Positions 50,110 to 62,511 of a DNA stretch of 64,000 nt are shown in pieces. The DNA comes from Chrysomallon squamiferum (lineage: Eukaryota > Animalia > Mollusca), in the NCBI GenBank assembly GCA_012295275.1, contig CM022672.1:17360001-17424000 (forward strand), in the 5' to 3' direction. A model generated the notes under the pieces. It had not been told where the DNA came from. It did no database searches and saw nothing but the letters and a program-made list of their open reading frames with translations. The position numbers were made by a program, and so were the translations under genes. The stretch's first letter is position 1, and every line of letters starts with the position of its first letter.

Positions 50110-50715
50110 CTATTTTCTGTAGTAGTTTAACAACACCAGGACACATGCAGCATGAAGGAACCGTGACACGAGTAGAGGACTAGATCTGGAGGAGATACCG
50201 ATGAGAATTTCAATCTCTCGCCACCATGATATCTCGGGTCTCCGCTTGTGTTTGAGTCTCCCTCTGAACGTCGCTTCCGGCAAGGGAATGAACTCCTCGC
50301 ACATATCCGTTTCAAAGTTGTACCGCTCATCACGCCTGCACGCGCAGATGTAGCTGCCGACGGTGTTCTGACACACTGTCCCTGCTTTGCATTTAAACGC
50401 CTTTTCGTAACACTCGTCTACGTCGACGCAAATCGTGTATCGAGGATTCCACTTGAAGCCTTTTCGCTGCGATTCGCAATTGCATGAATAATTCATCTTG
50501 TTCCGAACGAGGTCGTTGAAATTTTCGTTCTCTTCTGGAACCCATTTGCACGTACGGTCTTTCACGAGGTAGCACGGATTTCCTCGATCGGCGTTCATGG
50601 CAGCCTTCGATGGAACATTCCCATGCGTTTTCTTGCCGTAACAAGGATCAGGACAAAACAGGATCTCAGCGCACTTGAATTCGTGGTCTCGACTGTCCAT
50701 TCGCCAGTCGACTAT
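50110..50715 (-). CDS. Secreted Cys-rich EGF protein, C-terminal ORF (CPDPC domain, EGF-like, Ca-binding EGF, hydrophobic or GPI-signal-like tail)
   Basis: EGF_CA consensus DVDEC-x6-C-x5-CQNTVGSYICAC-x12-C; tail SSRSS..LLVSRFLHAACVLVLLNYYRK*; frame is open upstream of the Met at 50700 (IVDWR); AATAAA at 50082-50077. Confidence 0.85.
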   Translation of the reverse strand: MVDWRMDSRDHEFKCAEILFCPDPCYGKKTHGNVPSKAAMNADRGNPCYLVKDRTCKWVPEENENFNDLVRNKMNYSCNCESQRKGFKWNPRYTICVDVDECYEKAFKCKAGTVCQNTVGSYICACRRDERYNFETDMCEEFIPLPEATFRGRLKHKRRPEISWWREIEILIGISSRSSPLLVSRFLHAACVLVLLNYYRK

Positions 50716-51314
50716 TTTTCGTCTGGAATACGCGGCTTCCAGCGTTTTTCCAGTCCGTTAAGGCAGTTCTTACCGTCCATGAAAAACCTGAGCACTGGCT
50801 CCCTCAGCATTGTGAACCAACACATGAAGTACGAAGCGGTCACTCGGTACCGGAAAAGCTCGAGGCTGTCCGCAAACGGGTAACTGTCCATACGGTCTGT
50901 CGGCGGAGCGGTCTTGTGAATCAGTCGATGGAGGCTGTTGCTCGCTTTAGCAACCCAAACAATCTCCTTGATGCATTCAATGATTCCTCGATGACATCGT
51001 TGCTCTACCTCGAGGTGAAGGACTCTAAGGCGAGGAACTGGAAAATGTTTGTGGAACGGTCTCTCGGCAGTTTCCAAGTTCATTTCGTAGCGTCGGTCGA
51101 TTTCGAAATATTTGTGAGCTGCGAGGAATATTCCAACGTAACTGAGTTCCAGGTCAAACAATGGCCACTCGACTATGTCTCGTTTGTGGTTCGTGTGGGA
51201 GTGGTCGTGTAAGGACTTTGATCTTCTTTCTGATTGCTTTCTAAAATTATTCATTGTGCTCATTGGAATTATTACCAAACGCAGTAGAAATAGCAACGTC
51301 GTTGCTATTTTCAT
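50712..51314 (-). CDS. Secreted Cys-rich EGF protein, N-terminal ORF (signal peptide + helical Cys domain), 200 aa
   Basis: AAAATATGA start context, hydrophobic N-terminus MKIATTLLFLLRLVIIP, clearly higher GC than the flanks; ends at GAA AAA TAG with the second ORF continuing in the -1 frame. Confidence 0.8.
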   Translation of the reverse strand: MKIATTLLFLLRLVIIPMSTMNNFRKQSERRSKSLHDHSHTNHKRDIVEWPLFDLELSYVGIFLAAHKYFEIDRRYEMNLETAERPFHKHFPVPRLRVLHLEVEQRCHRGIIECIKEIVWVAKASNSLHRLIHKTAPPTDRMDSYPFADSLELFRYRVTASYFMCWFTMLREPVLRFFMDGKNCLNGLEKRWKPRIPDEK

Positions 51315-51339
51315 ATTTTAATCTGTCTCTGTTTGTTAT

Positions 51340-51381
51340 GTATTGGTCGTAATGACGTAACTAACGGTAGAGTTACGTCAC
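51340..51381 (-). promoter_or_regulatory. Compact putative promoter of the EGF gene (paired CRE-like sites, MYB core, CCAAT)
   Basis: TGACGTAACT (51353-62) and AGTTACGTCA (51371-80) form a perfect 10-bp inverted repeat around AACGGTAG; ATTGG at 51342-46. Confidence 0.5.
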
Positions 51382-52257
51382 AAAAAAAAAAAAAAAAAAA
51401 CGCTGTCGTAGACACTCTTCGATTTTGAGCTTGTATCATTTAAAAATCAGTTCATCTGGAAATGGCGAAAATACATTTTTCAAACAGAAATAATAATGAA
51501 GATATTTTATAGAAACATAAATGCATATCAAATAGCGTTTTTCAAATGAAATATCTAGTAATGGTAATTTTCAAAATACCTCTGTATGTAATAATATGAC
51601 TTCAGATAATGTTTTTTTTTTTTTTTTTTTTTTTTTTGTTTAAACTGCAGAATGAAATTTCTTTTCATCCAATATCTAAAGCCATTGACAACCACTGGAG
51701 AACTGTAGGGGTAACTAAAGGTAATAGTATGATGGAAAGGGTAACCAGTATATAACCCTTTTCCAGTAATAGTGAAAAACACAATATTCTTAGATGCTGT
51801 TTATATTCAAACACTGGTGATTTATATAATCATTCTGAAATGTCCTGTTATTCCATTCATTCTTATATGTGTCCGCACGTTCCCACTAAAGTTTGCCTGT
51901 GTCTCTAGTAACCACTTACATATAATGCCGATAAATAAATAATACTATCTTTGATATATATCCTTATGTCTAAAACAGTATATGACAACTTGTCTACAGC
52001 CAGTACTTATCTGGTGTATTTGGTTTAAAACGAATAAATAAATTATTTTTACTCGTATTTAAAGTACCTCTTTTATTATAGATCAATGACGTCATAAACA
52101 ATAATAGAGTGACGTGTCGATAATGCTTTCGGTGCTTAGTTTCTTGCAGTTTGGTCTGTTGTTAAATAAAGCAAATTAAGCTATGAAATTAGATTTTTCT
52201 TTCATTTCTCATTTTGTTATTATTATTGATATTATTATTATCATCATCATTATCATC

Positions 52258-52320
<63 letters not shown>

Positions 52321-52903
52321 GTTTTAATATTTCTTGGTTATCTTTTTATTGTCTGATGGTCGATTTTGAATGGAAATGTAAGATGAACATCACTGAATGC
52401 TTTTGATTTTCTTTTCTTGCACAACACTTAAATACCTTCAGTATAAACAGACATGACAATATTAGTGTCTGTAATAATAATACTAATAATAATACTACTA
52501 CTAATAATAATAACAATAACAATAACAATAACAATAACACAGCACAGTGACAGCGGTCTCTGGACGTGTGTTAATGTACTTCAGTTCTCTCTCACCTACC
52601 CAGTGATCACGAACCTCGCGATCTGACCTCGCAGACGACACACATTTCCCATTAGGACACAACAACACGCCCGTAGCGCGTTCTTTTGCCACAGTTAATT
52701 ATTAACATTCCATTAACCTCGTTGCTAGTGATCGTTCAAATTTCTGATGACCCTCGATGTCTGTTTTGATGGCACCTTGACCTGAAGCACCCACTGGTAA
52801 AATTCACATCTGGATTGCACTCATGTTTGACATATTATTTTAATAATAATAATGATGATGATGATGATGATGATGATAATTATAATACTAATAATACTAA
52901 TAC

Positions 52904-52935
<32 letters not shown>

Positions 52936-54726
52936 GCAACAACAACATCAATAATAATCATTATGTAATATATATCCTTTAATTTTCAGTGGTAGCTGTA
53001 GTGAAAGTAGTGATAGGAACGGCAACTGTAGAGTTATAGACGTCGTTGTCGTAGAAGAAATCAAAATTTTTTTTTTACAGTAATGCTAATACAACATACG
53101 AATACAAACAAGTTATCAATACCCAATAGATTTGTTATTTTATTCACATTTTCCAGTTGACGAAACTTTCTTTTTATAGCTATCTTCTCACGGATAAATT
53201 ATTTTATAATGATTTGCGGCACCGTAATTAGCTCTGTATTAAAAAATTTGTTAGATTGGAACCTGAGAATGTTCAATTCGACAGCAGTATGCATGTAACT
53301 GTTACAAAATATCTGGATAAATCTGTAAACATTTTATTAATTGTTTTCTAAAGTAATGAAATTACACTTAAAATATATAAGCTTTTGGTCATTTGCAGTT
53401 GACACTGAATATACGCATACATAATACATTAAACATAAAGGTGAACAAAGACACACACGAACACACTCATACGTACAAAAATACACGAATGCATGCATAC
53501 AAACATACCTACAATGTATATACCTTCACATGTAGTTATTATAATTTTAAAAATATACATCTGGCATTATTTTGGCCTTCAAATGTTTGTGTTTTGTATG
53601 TATGTCTTCGTTTCATGTATAATTATGTGTACTGTCAGATATGTTTGAGTCTGTGTTTGAATGTCTGTTCAATGGCATAATTACGTGTTATCCTCGGTAA
53701 ATTAGGATAATCTCATCTTCATAACAAAAAAAAAACTTTGAACAGAGGGCAGAATTACATTCTTTACAAGTACAACTGGTATCATAAGACGATATTACAC
53801 TTTAACCAAAACTCATTCTCGTCGTTTCTGTGTCTTCTCCATTCTCGTCTTAAACATCGCCTTAAATGTTTTCTTTTTATCGCTGCTTTATAACTGTAAG
53901 GACAACCAGCAGTCCAGTATCTAATTCAACAGTTATTCTCTGTGTGGCTTTCCAGTTCCACGCGACCCGTCCCAAGCGACATGGAATATTTATTAACAGT
54001 CTTTCTAGTCGCAGCCAAAAATAATGAACGATTCTCATCATCAACGACAGCGGCCAAACGTTCAGAGGGATTTTCTTAAATTAATTTTCTTAACTCTCAC
54101 AGGAACAGAGATAAACATCTTTGCCGCGAGGTATCAATCCTCTGCGGTATATTTGAACGGTGTAATCACTCGAGAACACAGGGACATAAATAAAACCGTT
54201 TAGCTCGGATCGATAGCAAGTGACCACAGTCCGAGAACACGACATGATACTCTCCGTGGGAATTGTAATGCACGCATGTGTGAATAGAATTCATGTCCTT
54301 TTTTTTTTTTTTTTTTCGTATCTTTTAAAATTAATATCTTATTATAGTTGTATGTGACCTCTAACGTATGCAAGTGTGTGAACGGAATTTATAACTTTGT
54401 TTCGGATCTGATAATAATTATTTATGAATTGTAATGCAAGTATGTTTTGATTGAAATCGTTGCATTTTTATTTATTTTTTTATTTTATTGATTTATAGGG
54501 TTTTTTTTTTTTAAATATATCTTTTTAACTTCATGTTTGACTCTAATTATTTAGGAATTATGATATATGAATGGAAAAATATACTGACTTTGGGTAATTA
54601 GCTTCGATTAGCATCATTTCGTTTTTGTGTTCGACTTTTTTATTTTTATTTATTTATTTATTTATTTATTTACTCGCCGTTTGATTATTTACAAATTATT
54701 ATTTATGTAGGTGTTCATGTTATTAT

Positions 54727-54762
<36 letters not shown>

Positions 54763-56066
54763 CATATTTCTTAGTACCTAGAAACCATAAATTAATCAGA
54801 ACACATCTAAAAAGCGTACGATTCCCTGCAACAAATTCATACTAGTTTACTGCAAAGAAAGCCAATTTTTCCATCAAGACATTATACTAAGCACCAGAAA
54901 CACCCAATCTACTGCACGCTGTTGGTCGTAAAAGAATGGTCATTAATCGTCCTGCAACAGAAATCGTTTATTGGAGACAACGGTTAAAGAATCGCATCGT
55001 GTTAATTGAATAAACAAAGCGAACTTCTTATTGCCTGCCAGTGTTTGTGCATTACGCTCCGCTGTCATTAATCATGGAATATCGTACGCTTGGTTTTGAT
55101 TTAAACTGGTCATTGTTTCCACGTTATATTTGGGTCGGATCTTCTTTATCACTAATCAGTATTCTATTTTTATTAGTGTTTTTTTTTTTTTTTTTTTTTT
55201 TTTTTTCAGTTGTAATGTACTGGAAACATCTAATACAGTTTTATTTTCGCATTACACACCAGATAGGCTTTCATTTTCACTCTAGTGGAAAAAATATACT
55301 TTTACTTTCACAGAACACTTTAGATAGACTTTTACATTACACACCAAATATACTTTTATTTAAAAAAACATTACACTTTATCATTGCATATTATTTACTC
55401 GCACTCTATATACCAGATATTTTTTTTCACATGCTTTCTAAACATCAACGATACTTTTAATTTCGATCTACGCATATAGAATACTTTAACATGTACTCCG
55501 CACGTTTTAAACTGAACTCAGTGTAAAGCATGTACTCTTGTGAACACACCAAATACGCGATTTTAACTGCTTATCTAAACTGACTGACGAAGACTGTTTT
55601 CAGTGTTGTGACACTTTTGACAAGGAGAATTAGAAATAAACTTGACATCACGACCATCTGCTGAAGTTATTACAAGTCTGGTCCTCAGCAGATTAACTTT
55701 GCTGGGTCCTCAGAACTGTCACTTGCTACTTAGGCTAATACAATACAGTTAAAATTAGAAACAAGATGACTTCGACAAAAGGTAGCAGCTCCCTTTCCAC
55801 TGAGGTGTGTTCCTGGCAGAGGAGAAAGGAGCGAGGGGTGACGTGTTCAGAATCTGAATTAAGCTAGAGTCAGCTGAATAGGAACACACATCGTGGTAAA
55901 ATATTTGTGAAGCTTTATTCGTGAAAAGTTTGAATTTTAATTTAAATGAATGCTAACGTGAAACAAGGTGACAGTTAAAACGTATGTTCAGAATGGATGT
56001 AGCTTGTTTTATTTCAGCTTCGCAGCAAATGTTTGACGTCAGATTTTTATGTCAAACGTCTGACAG

Positions 56067-56069
<3 letters not shown>

Positions 56070-56105
<36 letters not shown>

Positions 56106-56157
56106 CACACACATACACACACACACACACTCACACACACAGAGACACACTCACACA

Positions 56158-56216
<59 letters not shown>

Positions 56217-56217
56217 A
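56070..56217. repeat. (CA)n microsatellite, imperfect
   Basis: Read directly. Confidence 0.95.
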
Positions 56218-56868
56218 TGTCCTTCTCGGAGTTGCCACTGTGCAATTTTCCTCTCCACACGAAGCTTGGGAAGGTGCACATAAATATCCATTGCCGCTAA
56301 TTGATCAGGATATAGCGTATTGCGTTTACGCATTACCCGTGAAGTCTCTAATTTAATGCACGAAGCCATATAACCAGATTCAAAATGTTTATCTAATTCC
56401 TACCTTATTCTTTCTCTGTTTGAAATATTCTGTACGTCTTTAGTATTTAGATTGGGTCATTAAAAAGCGACATGATTCTAAAAATAACGACAAACTATTC
56501 ACCTCTGAACGAACAGACAACTACGCCCTCGCAAATTCTCCCAACAGATGGCAGTAACAGGAGCGAATAATGTTCAATGCAAAAACTTAATTGCTGCATT
56601 TCAGCTTAGAGTCATGGATAGCGTCAGAAACAGAGAGAGACAACGGTACACAAAAGCCAAATCACACAATGATAGAAATAGATAGGGTTGTTGATATAAT
56701 AGATTCAATCAACAATTTGTTCAGTGTAAAACATTATAAATGTGTGTATAGAACATTCAGTCAAATGATTTTTCTATTTATAGGTATATCGAGATTCTTT
56801 GAAACGCTTTGCAATCTCAGATATCTGATGGGGTTTTTTTTTGGTTTTATTTAATTGTTTGTTTTTCT

Positions 56869-56908
<40 letters not shown>

Positions 56909-57228
56909 AATTCTAGAACATTATTATTATTTTACATATCGTAGGAAGTATACTTTAAATGGTTTTTTTTTTTTTTTTTTTTTTTTAACATGAAGAGACA
57001 GTTTGAAACACGTTAATGGTTAATATCCAAAATATATTACTAAGCAAATGTTTCCGGTATCTGGAGTATCACTGTGGCTATTTTGAAACAGATCAGGAAC
57101 AGCAGGTTTAGCTTGTGTATGATGAGCCTGTTCATTTAACACAAGTGTTGAAAAAAATTTTTCAAGAACTTTGGTTAACGCTAGAAAACACTTTAAAGGA
57201 GCGTTTACTTTAAGTAATCATATATATC

Positions 57229-57352
57229 AGATATAATTAATAATGTGCTAATTTGTATTTCGTATTAGATATAATTAATAATGTGCTAATTTGTATTTCG
57301 TATTAGATATAATTAATAATGTACTTATTTGTATTTCACATTAGATATAATT
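57229..57352. repeat. 38-bp minisatellite, ~3.3 copies
   Basis: AGATATAATTAATAATGTGCTAATTTGTATTTCGTATT at 57229, 57267, 57305 (diverged), partial at 57343. Confidence 0.92.
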
Positions 57353-59689
57353 GTAATCAGTGACTTGTTTTTTTTGGTTGTGTTTTTTTTTGTATGTCTG
57401 CCCAAAAGCTTTGCTAATCGTCAAGACTGAAGTTATGTGATATGCTGTTCATTTTACAAACAGCGTGTTAACTGTCTACAGCGTGATTTAAAGTTTTAAT
57501 GTCAGGAAAACTTGTGAATAATATCACAGTGAAAATTAAAATAAAAAAAATAAAAAGAGTGCTCATGATGGTTTCAAATAAAACAACAACAAATTAATAA
57601 TGATTAAAATAAATAAATAAATAAATAATAACAACAAGCAAAAGAACAAAAACAAAATAAAATTAATAAAAACACGAGCAGAAACATCACTAATTTCAAG
57701 TTTTTGAAGTGAACCCTTTCCACTAAGTACAGTATTAGTGCATTCTGCTTCCTGTACCTGTGTATCTGTGGAGTTTAAATAAAATCTAATGGTTTAATAA
57801 ACATTCTTTATACTTCTAAATCTGAACGCCGCCATTTTACCCTTTGTGAACTGGTGACGTCATCGTGGCGGACATGATATACTAATAGTTTTAGTATCTC
57901 TGACAACATTAAAGAAACACTGGAAAATGGCCCATACTTAACCCGATGACGTCACGACTAAAAAATTAAATATGGCGCTCCGACATTTTTCTCAGTTGTA
58001 CTCCTTTGTTGTAATACTTCGCTGTTAATAAATACTGGACGACAAAAGATAAATAAAACATAATTTTGCTATCTGCAGAATATATTCAGACCATTTCTTC
58101 ATAACATGAAAAGCACACTTTAAATGAAAAAAGTCTGTAACATCCTTTTTAACTACTAATAACTGGCTACAGACGCAAACGATAAGTGTACCCCTCTTCT
58201 TCTGTTGGCACGATAGATATAACATAAAAACAACATGATTGTGTGCTTTTTTGTCTGTACCTTCTTCTTTCATTGAGAGTTCAATGGCCTAGGCACAGTG
58301 AGCTCTCTACCTCAGATTTCATCATTGCAAAACTAACATTATACAGTTAACACCTAATGCCGTCTGATCTACTAATTGCCTGAACGTGAATGGCAGCCAG
58401 CCTGGCTTCCAAAGCGACAGGTGTACACGACAGAGTTTAATGATGAAACCACGTGTACTTTATGAACTTCTCCAGCTCCACCTGCCAACTGACGACTTTT
58501 TCTTTAACGACTCCTTCAGAAGTAAGATAGTTCAGCTTCGTGTTCCCTCATCTCGTTACGTTAACAATTGCGTTGTCTTTCCAACGGGCGAATTTCCGTG
58601 TACTAACTGCATGATGCGCCGACTTCAAAGCGCTCTGACGCTGAAAGGAATTTCAGATGACGGGTAATTCAAGTTCGAAATAACAATACTGATCGATGGG
58701 TCGGTGCGATATCTTTCCCAGACGTAGTAATGAAATACTGAACTCGGTTCGCTGTAAGGAATTGTACATATAATGCACTTAGTACAGATCAGAGATATTT
58801 ACAACATTAATGGATCGCAGCTATTACTATGATATGTCTCTGATTCTATTTATTTATCTCCTTCTCTATCTACCAATCTGTTTGCCCATTCCCATTTGTC
58901 TTCTTTCTCTCTGTCGGTCTCTCTCTGTTTATCTGTTTAACAGACGGTCCATCTATTTGTCTGTCTCTGTATGTCTACCTACCTCTCGCTTTTGTCTATA
59001 ACTGTATAGGATCAGTGCTCCATATCTAAATCTTTGTTTATTTTTCGGCTGGTACCACACAAATAGTTTACCAAAGATCACGATATAAGTATTTTTCTTA
59101 TAGGTTTTTCAAAATAGGTTCTGCTTCGTAATCGACAGGAGTAAACTGTAAAACGACGACAACGGGTTCTTCTTATTATCATTGTACCTGGGACAGCAGA
59201 AATAAGGCAACGTTTTATCTCAAACAGTTTAGTAGTAAATATTTAATAATTGATAGCTCAGTATCAGATAATCGTGTAGTTTTATAACAGCTTTTAGCAG
59301 ATTCAGTGTAAACGATTCTATCAGTCAGTTACTTACTGAATTTTACGTACTTATACTATTCGTACAGCTTCTAAGAATATTGGTTTCTTTCCTCTATCTC
59401 CTTCTCAGGACGACAGTAATTTAATTTAAGTGAACCACTCAAAGATATAATAGCTTCTTCTGATATTGGTAAACATTATTATGCATTAATACAGGTTACG
59501 TTACATATCGCTAACCTGGATATTGTCAGATTGAAACAGAAATCCAAAAGAAATGAAAAATGGCAAAACAAAGGTGACTGTGTTATTGGTTTAAAGTGAA
59601 ACTCGAACCAATAGAGATTCGGACCAGTTACGTTTTATGCATAAGTTTAGAAATCATTATGTTTGCAAACCACTTACATTCACACAATT

Positions 59690-59927
<238 letters not shown>

Positions 59928-60236
59928 TGAAATCAAAGAAATCAAAGACTTGGCAATAGAATGAAGTCATATGTGAACAAGCATTCTGGAAACATTTTTT
60001 TTTTAAGCAAAAATTTCTAAAATTTTTTAATAAAGTTTTTTAATCCTTCTTGCACTAAAGCTTCAGTTCTGTTTAAAGATGGGGTTTTTTAACTTTCTGT
60101 TTAATAGTTCATACATAGCGTATAATTTTGGCAAAAACATGGCATGCAGTTGTGAACATCAGAAACTAGTAGTGTAATGTATTGAAATGCGGGGAAAAAA
60201 ATCAGACCAGAAAACAAACAAACAAAAATCAAAACG

Positions 60237-60267
<31 letters not shown>

Positions 60268-60460
60268 AATACCAAGTTAAAACCAAAAAAGTCAAAAAAG
60301 AAAAAAAAGAGTAAATTCTTCGAATTTTTACAGCTCAATATATAACATACTAGACCTAATAAATCTTATATAAAAATGTACCAACACCAGTTAAATTTGA
60401 GTGAAACTGTAACCCTAATATATAACATACTAATAAATATTGCACCATTTTCTCATCCGT

Positions 60461-60523
<63 letters not shown>

Positions 60524-61097
60524 TTGTTACTCCTACTACTTCTAAAACTAACAGCAGCACCACCATTAATTAATACAAATGCTAATTCTATCAATAATGG
60601 CATTTGTATCTGATTATGTTGGTTCATACAAATAAGCAGCAGGACTGATACTTACAAAAGCTTGGTAATTTGGGTAGAAATTACGCTACATTCTTACTAC
60701 ACTTTCAACAAGTGATTTGACAGATGAGTTATGACATAAACATAAACCCGATCAAGCCTAGCAAAATAACTTACACTAGTTTTATCCGATACTAGAAATG
60801 TAGATTAGTTTAGCGTGCTAGTAGACTTAGAGTTTATGGATTTGTGTCTCGATAGTTAGTTCATCTGCCGAGCAACCTCCAGTAACAAAATGATGTGGGC
60901 ATTAAATTTTGGAAATAAAAGAAAAAGCGATCGATTCCATCCAGCTTATCACAATAAAAACGAATAAAAGTAAACAAAAAAGACACACTGAAGGAAATTC
61001 CGATTTCAGTAAGACGATAAAAAGCTAACTAATAAAAATGAAATGAAATCACACTGCAAGAAAGGGAAAACGAATAAAATGTGATAGATCAGTGAAA

Positions 61098-61238
<141 letters not shown>

Positions 61239-62480
61239 AAGGAAGAAAAATAAGTTAGAAAGATGTAATATGATGATACTGTTTTGTTATCTTTCTCTTT
61301 TTCTGTTTTGAAAAGTAGAAGCAAAAATATGAAGAAAATAGAAGAACAGTTATTAATATTGGTATTTTTTTGCTTGAAGTGTAGAAGTAATGTCATAAAG
61401 AAAATATAATGAATAATAAAAGAAGAGAAATAATTACATATACCTGTATTTTATATGCCCTTAAACGAAAACGCGAATAAAATAGAAAACAGAATTAATA
61501 TTTATTTGTAAAAAAACAACAAAAAACGAAGATACAAAAAGAAGAAGTCGAAACAAGAGAAAATAATGACCAGGAATCTTTACGTCCGTAAAAGTAAGAA
61601 ACGAAGATTATAACGAAATAGAAAGAAATAAAACTAATGAACAAGATTGGTTTTCTCGCTCTCTGGTAAAGGAGTGTGTCGTTTTAATGAACCGACCATT
61701 AACGCTTTGGAATGAAAAGTCAGTTTGCTGTGTGTGTGTGTGTGCTTCGTAATTAAAGCAACCTCGAGCTGAAACAACTGCTTTAAACCGTTTCTCAAAT
61801 TGTACTGACATTGATTCAGCACTCCGGAAAGTGCCTAGATTATCAATCTCTGCTGATGAGGTCCTTTCGCCAGTCCAGCCTTCCAGACCGCGCAGACAAT
61901 CACAGCATCCGAAATGTCACAGGAAATAGCTTGTCATTACTGGCGCATGCGCAGTAGGCAATTAGACTAACTATTCATCAAGTTGCGGTTCGGTTCGGTA
62001 AAGATATAAACTGAAATCAAAATGACAAAACAGCCAGTTTCTAGCGGGGGGATATTTCTAAAGCGCCCGTACAAATAATGCTGGTCAAAATTATGTCCCC
62101 TACTGATTGCGAAACAATACAAGTTGATCCCCTTGACACTCTGCTGTAAAGATTATTAAAAGATTCCTTCAGACTGAAAGAGGCGATATCTTGGTAATTA
62201 ATTTGATGTATTTGCAAATTATACGTATGAAAGAAAGAGAGAGAGAAAGAGACATGAAGAGAAAGAAGGGTAAATCACAAAACAATGGTTGACAATAATT
62301 ATGCTTATTGATTACTTGATACGTGTAAATAATTAATCGGATTAATTAAAACAATTTCCTTCCAAATGAAAATCATTTACTATCTTCACGAAAAACAACA
62401 GTATAATAATAATAATTATTATAATAATAATAGTAGTAGTAGTTGTAGTAGTAGCAGCAGCACCAGTAGTATAAATAACT

Positions 62481-62511
<31 letters not shown>

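Noticed and set aside
50712-50714. Stop-codon readthrough or selenocysteine/pyrrolysine at the TAG
   Set aside because: The downstream ORF is in a different frame (offset 614 nt), so readthrough cannot join them.
50712-50773. 62-nt intron (G|GTAAGA ... AAAAATAG|) that would also join the two EGF ORFs in frame
   Set aside because: The acceptor is purine-rich (GACGAAAAATAG), the composition is exon-like, and removal deletes one Cys (GKNCLNG), leaving an odd count. Disfavoured, though RNA-seq should confirm.
50127-51212. Overlapping alternate-frame and antisense ORFs in the EGF gene
   Set aside because: Shadow ORFs expected in GC-richer coding DNA; no motifs.
58386-58667. 93-aa non-repetitive ORF
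   Set aside because: GTG start, no recognisable motif and no supporting exon chain.
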